Shown: positions 1 to 7,125 of the stretch, piece by piece
Layout of the letters: each line of letters begins with the position of its first letter
How positions within the stretch are numbered: position 1 is the stretch's first letter
Assembly (NCBI GenBank): GCA_900128395.1
Contig: LT649341.1
Coordinates: 1 to 35,981, forward strand
Direction: 5' to 3'
Length of the DNA: 35,981 nucleotides
Source: Stramenopiles sp. TOSAG23-2
Taxonomy: Eukaryota
Notes under the pieces: generated by a model
What the model was told of the DNA's origin: nothing
The model's database searches: none
The model's input: only the letters and a program-made list of their open reading frames with translations
Position numbers and translations under genes: made by a program

Positions 1-52
1 GTAATCCTCTACCTTGGATACTTGGTCGAGCTGTTAATGTGTCTAAAAAATA

Positions 53-3007
53 TTGCACGACGTTTCTTGCATTATATTAGCATATGATGTGAGTAACTAC
101 AATTCGTTTTTAGAAGCAACAAAATCATGGATGGATCTGGTCAAACCAAATTTACAACAAGATAGCAAATTATTCATCATGTTACTTGGCTGCAAAACAG
201 ATTTAGCAGCTAATCGAACTGTTAGTATCAAAGAAGCAGAAGCATTTGCATCTAGAAATGGCGTATTCTTTATGGAAATTTCTGCAAAAAATGGTACCAA
301 CGTTGATTTAACATTAACATTATTACGTATACGTTCAGTAAATGCTTTGCGTAGTGATCCTATCACTAGTACCAGTAGCAGTATGTTTGTCGATGCCAAT
401 GATTCCATGATACCAAATGCACCATCTTCCATTGATATTGGACAACAAAAACAAGAAATGCAAGCATTTGTACCACCGCCACCACCACCATCTCCACCTA
501 ATTCAGAAAGCAATATAACGACAGCTACTGCTGCAACACGATATATTCAAAACCAACAAGCAGTTGAAGATAAATTAGTGGATAATTTAATAGCAGAAGG
601 AGTCAGATTAAAATCACCAAAGCGTCAATTTGGCTTGACTGCACAGATTTCATCATCGTATGAAAGCATCAATGCCATTTTAGGTAGACAATATCAACAG
701 CAACCACAAACGGATTACACGTCGTCCTTGGCTATAACAAATGCTGCTGCAAATATTTCGAAGAATGCATCGCCAACAATAAAATCTCCAAAAAAACAAC
801 AAGTTTATATGAATTTACATCATGGAAGACGTTCCCAATATAATGTGGATAATAATAATACTCCTAATAAAGTAGAGACAAAAGAAGGCAACGGAGTGAA
901 ATCGCCTAAACAAAGTGTTAATCAAAAATCACCAGTATTTGAACAAGAATATGAAGTATTGCGTGGAATGTTTGAAGAATTTGATGCAACTACGCAACAA
1001 ACATTACAAAATAGTAGCACAAGTAATAATAGCTTTAATAATTTTAAAGCTGCCAATGCATCCTTTGCAAAAATTAATGACAATAACAATAGCAGCAGCA
1101 GCGTAAGGGTATATACGGAGAAAAGCCCAAGAAAAGCTGGAGACTTTGATAATAAATTTGGACGAGGAATGGGACCAAGATTAGATTCTTATGATACAAT
1201 TGATAGTCCATTAAGAGCACGACAAGCAACTGGAATTTCTAGTTCAAAATCATTACGCATGCCAAATTCATCCACGTCGCCCGCATCAATTCCATTGATA
1301 AATGCTAGTCAAAAAATAAATATACGTGATAGTGGCTTAGGAAATGAAGGAGCATTTTCCAACAACAGCAACAGTAGGATGGTAGATAAACATAGAAGCA
1401 ATAGTTCAATTGCATATGGAAATATACTAGAAAAAGCATATGGGCAAAATTTATTAAATAGTTATGCTAGTATGAACAACAACAACAACAACAACCAGGG
1501 TGACGGTGGTCGTGGAAGACGATGGAATGACAACAATGTCATGAAAGTATCCCCACGTAAATTAAAAGCCAAAGTTATTCAACAAGAAAGAAACAAGCAA
1601 ATTAAAATATGGAATCAGCATGTGGTGAAGAAGAAATTTGGCCGAGATGAAGAAGTAAAAACAAAACGTAAGAAAAAATTAGGATATTTACCAAAACAAT
1701 ACCAACGTTATCGACGTCCACGACCATCATTGACAGAGAAACCAACGACGCCACCAGATTTAGTTGTAGATGTGACCTTGCCAAATGGACGATCTGGAAC
1801 AATTGAAGTTAGAGCTGGGGATAATGCAAGGGATCTTGCAGAAAAATATGTATATGAACATTCATTACGCATGCGTTTTATTCCAATTTTAACAGATTTA
1901 GTCGAAGAGAAAGTAAAGGAATTTTTAATATTAGAAGAAAGAAAATTATTTGCACAGAAAAGAAGACAGGCTCGTAATGGTTTCCTTGCCAATCAAGCAT
2001 TAGAAAGAAATGTAAATAGTCCTGGAAATTTGAATAACTCAAGCAATAGTTTTAATGTTGGTATTCCACCATCACCAAACTTAACAGTACCGCAACCATT
2101 TTATTTAGAGACTGCTGAAAGAGGTAGATCAACATTTAAATCTCCACCAAAAAGGATAATAGCAAAATTACATATTGATGTAGGCCCAAGTAAACGTGGT
2201 ACAATAACAATACGTATTGGTGATAATCCTGAAAAATTGGTAAATGAATTTCGTCGCACATATCGGATTAAAAAATCACAATGTGTAATGATTTTAACAC
2301 GGGTTACAAAATTAATTAATGATGCACGAAGACAGGAAGAAATCGATCGAGAAAATGAGATGAATGGGTCGGGTTATTCAAAACGGGATAGTGCTATTGG
2401 ATCGTTTTTCGATGAAGGGTATGGCAATAATGATAATAGTAATAATATTTCGCAAGCTGGAAACATGATGATGGGATCACCATCTTACGGAAATGAATCT
2501 CCAGAACGTGCATTGACACCTGCACAAAATGATTTGTTTCGTCGTACATTAGGTTTTGGTACAAATGAACGTGCTCAAAGTCAAGTGACTCGGGGTGTAG
2601 CAAATAGAACAAGGAAAAACCGAGGAGGAGGAGGAGGAGGAACGACAACGGAACATGAAACCGAATACACGACAGATAACGGTACCACAGGGGCAGAATA
2701 TACAACAGATAACGTTACTACTACAGGGGCAGAATATACAACAGATAATGGTACAGGTGATGAAGATGAAGAGGAGACGGATTATGATCAAAAAGAAGAA
2801 CAACAACGCAAAGCTGTTTTTAATTTAGATATTAATTTACCAGGTGGACAATCAAAACGTATTACTGTTTATGAAGGAGATGATCCAAAAGATTTAGCAA
2901 AAGTATTTGTTGAAAAAAATGGTTTGCCAAATCCAGAAAGTAGTATTAATCGATTAACACAACTGTTAGTTAGTGGTTTGGAGAAACATCCACAAAGTGT
3001 AGCGTAA
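53..3007 (+). CDS. 5'-partial Rab-like small GTPase with ~880-aa C-terminal extension containing three PFU-like repeats
   Basis: IILAYDV strand, G4-like GCKTDL, G5 EISAK and FMEISAKNGTNVD. G1-G3 are absent, so the gene begins upstream (TTG at 53 is not a real start). No C-terminal prenylation Cys (ends HPQSVA). Confidence 0.8.
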   Translation: MHDVSCIILAYDVSNYNSFLEATKSWMDLVKPNLQQDSKLFIMLLGCKTDLAANRTVSIKEAEAFASRNGVFFMEISAKNGTNVDLTLTLLRIRSVNALRSDPITSTSSSMFVDANDSMIPNAPSSIDIGQQKQEMQAFVPPPPPPSPPNSESNITTATAATRYIQNQQAVEDKLVDNLIAEGVRLKSPKRQFGLTAQISSSYESINAILGRQYQQQPQTDYTSSLAITNAAANISKNASPTIKSPKKQQVYMNLHHGRRSQYNVDNNNTPNKVETKEGNGVKSPKQSVNQKSPVFEQEYEVLRGMFEEFDATTQQTLQNSSTSNNSFNNFKAANASFAKINDNNNSSSSVRVYTEKSPRKAGDFDNKFGRGMGPRLDSYDTIDSPLRARQATGISSSKSLRMPNSSTSPASIPLINASQKINIRDSGLGNEGAFSNNSNSRMVDKHRSNSSIAYGNILEKAYGQNLLNSYASMNNNNNNNQGDGGRGRRWNDNNVMKVSPRKLKAKVIQQERNKQIKIWNQHVVKKKFGRDEEVKTKRKKKLGYLPKQYQRYRRPRPSLTEKPTTPPDLVVDVTLPNGRSGTIEVRAGDNARDLAEKYVYEHSLRMRFIPILTDLVEEKVKEFLILEERKLFAQKRRQARNGFLANQALERNVNSPGNLNNSSNSFNVGIPPSPNLTVPQPFYLETAERGRSTFKSPPKRIIAKLHIDVGPSKRGTITIRIGDNPEKLVNEFRRTYRIKKSQCVMILTRVTKLINDARRQEEIDRENEMNGSGYSKRDSAIGSFFDEGYGNNDNSNNISQAGNMMMGSPSYGNESPERALTPAQNDLFRRTLGFGTNERAQSQVTRGVANRTRKNRGGGGGGTTTEHETEYTTDNGTTGAEYTTDNVTTTGAEYTTDNGTGDEDEEETDYDQKEEQQRKAVFNLDINLPGGQSKRITVYEGDDPKDLAKVFVEKNGLPNPESSINRLTQLLVSGLEKHPQSVA
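2663..2758 (+). repeat. Coding tandem repeat, 3 copies of EYTTDN(G/V)TT(T)GA
   Basis: Units start at 2663, 2696 and 2732 (GAATAYACRACAGATAAY...); the third copy is truncated. Confidence 0.9.
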
Positions 3008-3517
3008 ATATGGGACACTAGAGTGTGGTTGGGTGTTATGTCCTATGATCGTGTATACGAATTAAAGAGAGAGTGTGATGTGTGTCGTACGACGTACGAA
3101 CAGTATGATATGTAAAGGAGAAGAGAGAGAGAGAGATATTCAGTACACTTTTTTTAATAAGATATTTTTTGTCAAACATTATTGTTGTTTGCAAATTTTG
3201 TTTTTTTGCCTACCCCCTATCAATAGATCAAAATGACACATAATTTATACTTGAAAGGGAAATTAGAATATAATATCAAACAAATATTTCTATAACAATT
3301 TTTGAATTTTCAAAAAAACACCACCACGAAATAAAAAAAAATGCAGTTGTTATTACAATATATAATAGGCTTATAAATAGCACAATAGTGCAATAATAAG
3401 CTATAAAAATATTAATAAATATGCATTTTAAAATTTAGAAAGAAAACATTCTATCGTTACCATAGAAGGATAGAATGCAAGCATATACAAGTATAAAACG
3501 AGAAGAAAAACAACATA

Positions 3518-6500
3518 ATGGCACCTGCAGCAATGGCAACGCCGGAAATAATACAATTTGGATATGTATCCATTGAATTGTGGGTATTGCAAATCATTGT
3601 TTCTATTACAGCATTAACAACTGCAGTCGTTACATCTGCAATGGTAAGTATATTATTATTATTATTATTACAATCATATAAACACTACCTTTTATAAATT
3701 ATAGACCACTAACCAAATATTATATATATATATACACACACACACAAATTAGATATTGTTACAAAAAAAGAAGAGAAGACGAAGTCGTAGTTTTTCATCC
3801 CCTACATCACCTTTACAACATCGTCTTGTCGTACAACGTCTTTTAGACACATTAACAGCTCGACCAAGTATCCAAGGTAGAGGATTACGTATAGTATTTA
3901 TAGCAGTAGGAACACGCGGTTTTGTTCAACCATGTCTAGCACTTGCAAAAGCACTTAAAAAACGTGGACATTTTCCAATGATTATTTCAACTAAGAAATT
4001 TAAAAATTTCATCGAATCTCATGGTATTGAATGTGGTACAATTTACAATGAATCAGTCGGGCATCCTAGTGGATGGAATACATTTCCAAGCGCGTCTGAA
4101 GTTTTTTCTGCTGCTATGTTGCAAAATTCAAAGACAAGTAAACCTGGTGAATGGAAAGCAAATGGTGAAATAATATATAAACATTGTAAAGATTTTAAAC
4201 CTGATTTGTTGTTGACGACGTTGTTTGGTGAATTTTATGCACTGGATATTGCAGAGAAAATCAATGTCCCATGGTGGGGTGTTCGTCTTAGTCCAGAAGT
4301 TCCATTTGCAAGTAGTCAACTTAGGACATCCCCAACTTATGAAAATACATTTGCTGTTTCCAGTCATCCATGGGTTACACCAGTGACAGTTGCATGGCAA
4401 CGTGCCTCATTAGCATTTGTTTATTGGAAAAAAGGTATATATTCAGAATTAGAAGAATTTAGAACAAAAACATTAGGATTACCAGCAAAATCATTAAGTG
4501 AAAAGCAATTAGAAAGTGAAAAAATACCATTGTTATTAGGGTATAGCCCAACTATTTTAGAATTACCAGAAGATATTCAAAGTTGGCATATAGGTGTAGG
4601 TTTTTGGTTTTTAACTGATGATGAGGAAGAAGAAACAGAAAAAGAGCGAAATAATGGTGGTGGTAATAATAACAATCATGAAAAAGTTATTTCGAAAAAA
4701 AATAAGAACGAGTTTAGTCATAAATTAAATATATTTATGAAAAAAGGTCTACAAAAAGGTGGTATAATATGTCTTGATTTTGGCAGTTGTGAAGATAAAG
4801 GTTTAATTGAACGCTGTATCGAAGCTGTTGCATTATGTAATAATGATGATCGTAAAAAACGAATTATTGTCCGCACAAATATTGATTTTAAAAAATCATC
4901 AAGTAATGGATATAAAAAATATGATTCAAAATTTGTACATTTTGTAAAAGATATTTCTCATTCAAAATTATTTCCATATTGTTCATTGATTATGCATCAT
5001 GGCGGTGCAGGGACTACGGCACAAACGTTACGATGTGGGATACCATCAATTATTATACCAGCATTTCAATTCACTGATCAACCATTATGGGCAGATAGGG
5101 TTGAAGCATTGAATGTTGGAATTTACATACGTCGTGAGAATCCTAGTGCAATGACAATTAAACAAGCATTGGAACAAATGTTGAATAATTATGATATATA
5201 TAGAATCGAAGCATTACATGTGAAAGATTTATTGCGCACTGAGTCTAAAACAAGTTTATCTGCAACGGTTGATTTAATTGAATCCCCTTTACAAATGTGG
5301 GCACCAGAGATTTATACAGATAGTCGACAATGTCCTGTAAAACATTCAATCGCTAGGCGAATGTTAAAAAGTATACAGTCGAAATATGATGGTGTACGCT
5401 TAGAGCACAATGGCCTTTTATTGCCGGAAGATCCATTGGAAAAAAAATGTTGTGGTATGTGTCGATTTATTATCCCAGCAATTTTTGAATTGATTTATTT
5501 ATTGACAAAGCGTTTTATGATACATATGTTGGTATTGGTAAAACGAACGTATGCAGATATTTTAGGATTTTTTAAAGTATCTTCAACAACATTTCCGCAA
5601 GTGGAAGATATCAACAATATGTCAAATAAAGGATGGACCGCCGATTTATTTCAAAAAATGGGTATTTTCTCACAAAAGGATTTAATATTACAACCAAACG
5701 CATGTGTAATTGATATTGAAACAAGACCATTAGCTGTTGATGAAGGCTTTACCTCTTGTTTATATGTATGTACAGAAAAAAACTCGGATGCTTCCTTTGT
5801 ATTGAAAATGAGTCCAAAATGGACAGTCGCGGAACAAGTAACATCGACGGAACAATTGCAACATTTGAAAGAAATGTGGGTTGGCGCACGTAGCCGTGGT
5901 AAACATGGTGGAATGGGTTGCTTAGTCCCATATACATGGAAAAGCTCCATATGCAGTTTTACTGGAGAATTTTTACATGCAATGGAATATTTAGATGGAA
6001 TGGTAGCAGGTAACCAATTAGAAGATTTGCCGTTGATACAAGCATATCAAGCAGTTGGCGAAATTGCAAAGTTACATGGTATGTTTTGGAATCGTAAGCC
6101 AAAAGATTGGAATTCGAAATTTGATAATTTAGCAACTGGGAGAAGAATCGTTGCAGCGCTTGGCCGTCACCATTTTAATATACAAAAAGGTGCAACAACA
6201 TTGTTTAAATACGATCCGATGATGCTTGGCGCATTGGATCATTTTTTATTTCAAAAACCAACTACGATTGTACATGGTGATTTAAGAAGTGCAAATGTTA
6301 TGTTCCCGAAGGGTAATATGGATCGTAATGCACGTTGTAGCATCATTGATTGGGGTGGAATTATGCAAGGTAAAGGTGTATTTGATGTTGCATATTTATT
6401 AGGTACTGGAATGTCAGCAAAAACAAGACAAGAAAATGAAATTAAAGTGTTACAACACTATTATTGTGAACTGGATGCAGCAGGTGCTAATTTAGAACAA

Positions 6501-6695
6501 TATACATTTGATGATTTAGTACGTGATTATAGAATTTGTTTATGGTTAGCTGCTGCATTATATGCAATACCAAATATATACGATCGTGGTACATTAACAG
6601 ATGAAAACGAAGAGGCGGCAGATGAAGTGCGTAGTACACTCAGAAAAAATTTACAGCCGATATTAGAAGAGGAAGTCCGTTATATGAAGATGTAA
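3518..6695 (+). CDS. Membrane-anchored sterol 3-beta-glucosyltransferase-like (GT-B) domain fused to an ecdysteroid-kinase/APH-like phosphotransferase; join(3518..3643,3753..6695), 1022 aa
   Basis: Exon 1 encodes a hydrophobic helix (LWVLQIIVSITALTTAVVTSAM) and splices in frame to ILLQKKKRRR. GT motifs GTRGFVQP and HHGGAGTT...IP...DQPLW; kinase motifs HGDLRSAN, IIDWG, GVFDVAYLL. Confidence 0.85.
3644..3752 (+). other. Spliceosomal intron (109 nt)
   Basis: GTAAGT donor at 3644, ACTAAC branch-like site at ~3708, TTAG acceptor ending 3752; phase 0 join restores the frame. Confidence 0.88.
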
Positions 6696-7052
6696 TCATC
6701 GCTATATATCCAGATCCAGGGAGAAGATGTGTGAGAACACTTTCTGAAAAATTGTGTGCCTTATCTATGGTAGTGTAAAATGTATTTTATGTCTATTTAA
6801 ATTGTACTTGTTTTTCCAAAACAAAACTACCTCAAATCTAATTGTGCAAAATTTAATATATTAACCACACCCAAAATGACAAAATAAAACGATACACTAT
6901 GGATTGATTAAAAAATGAACTCCGAAATCATGAACGATGATGATGATGTTTAAATAGTGCTATGTAATGCTAAATTCATCACCGCGAAAAATCAATATCT
7001 CCTCCCATCACATATGTGCATATAGAATACAGAGTAGTATATATATATTTAA

Positions 7053-7082
7053 ATAGATAGATAGACAGATAGACAGACAGAT
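7053..7082. repeat. GATA/GACA tetranucleotide microsatellite
   Basis: tagatagatagacagatagacagacagat just upstream of ATG 7126. Confidence 0.8.
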
Positions 7083-7125
7083 ATATATCAAAACGAGAAA
7101 CATTTATTGTTGTTGTGAGAAAAAG

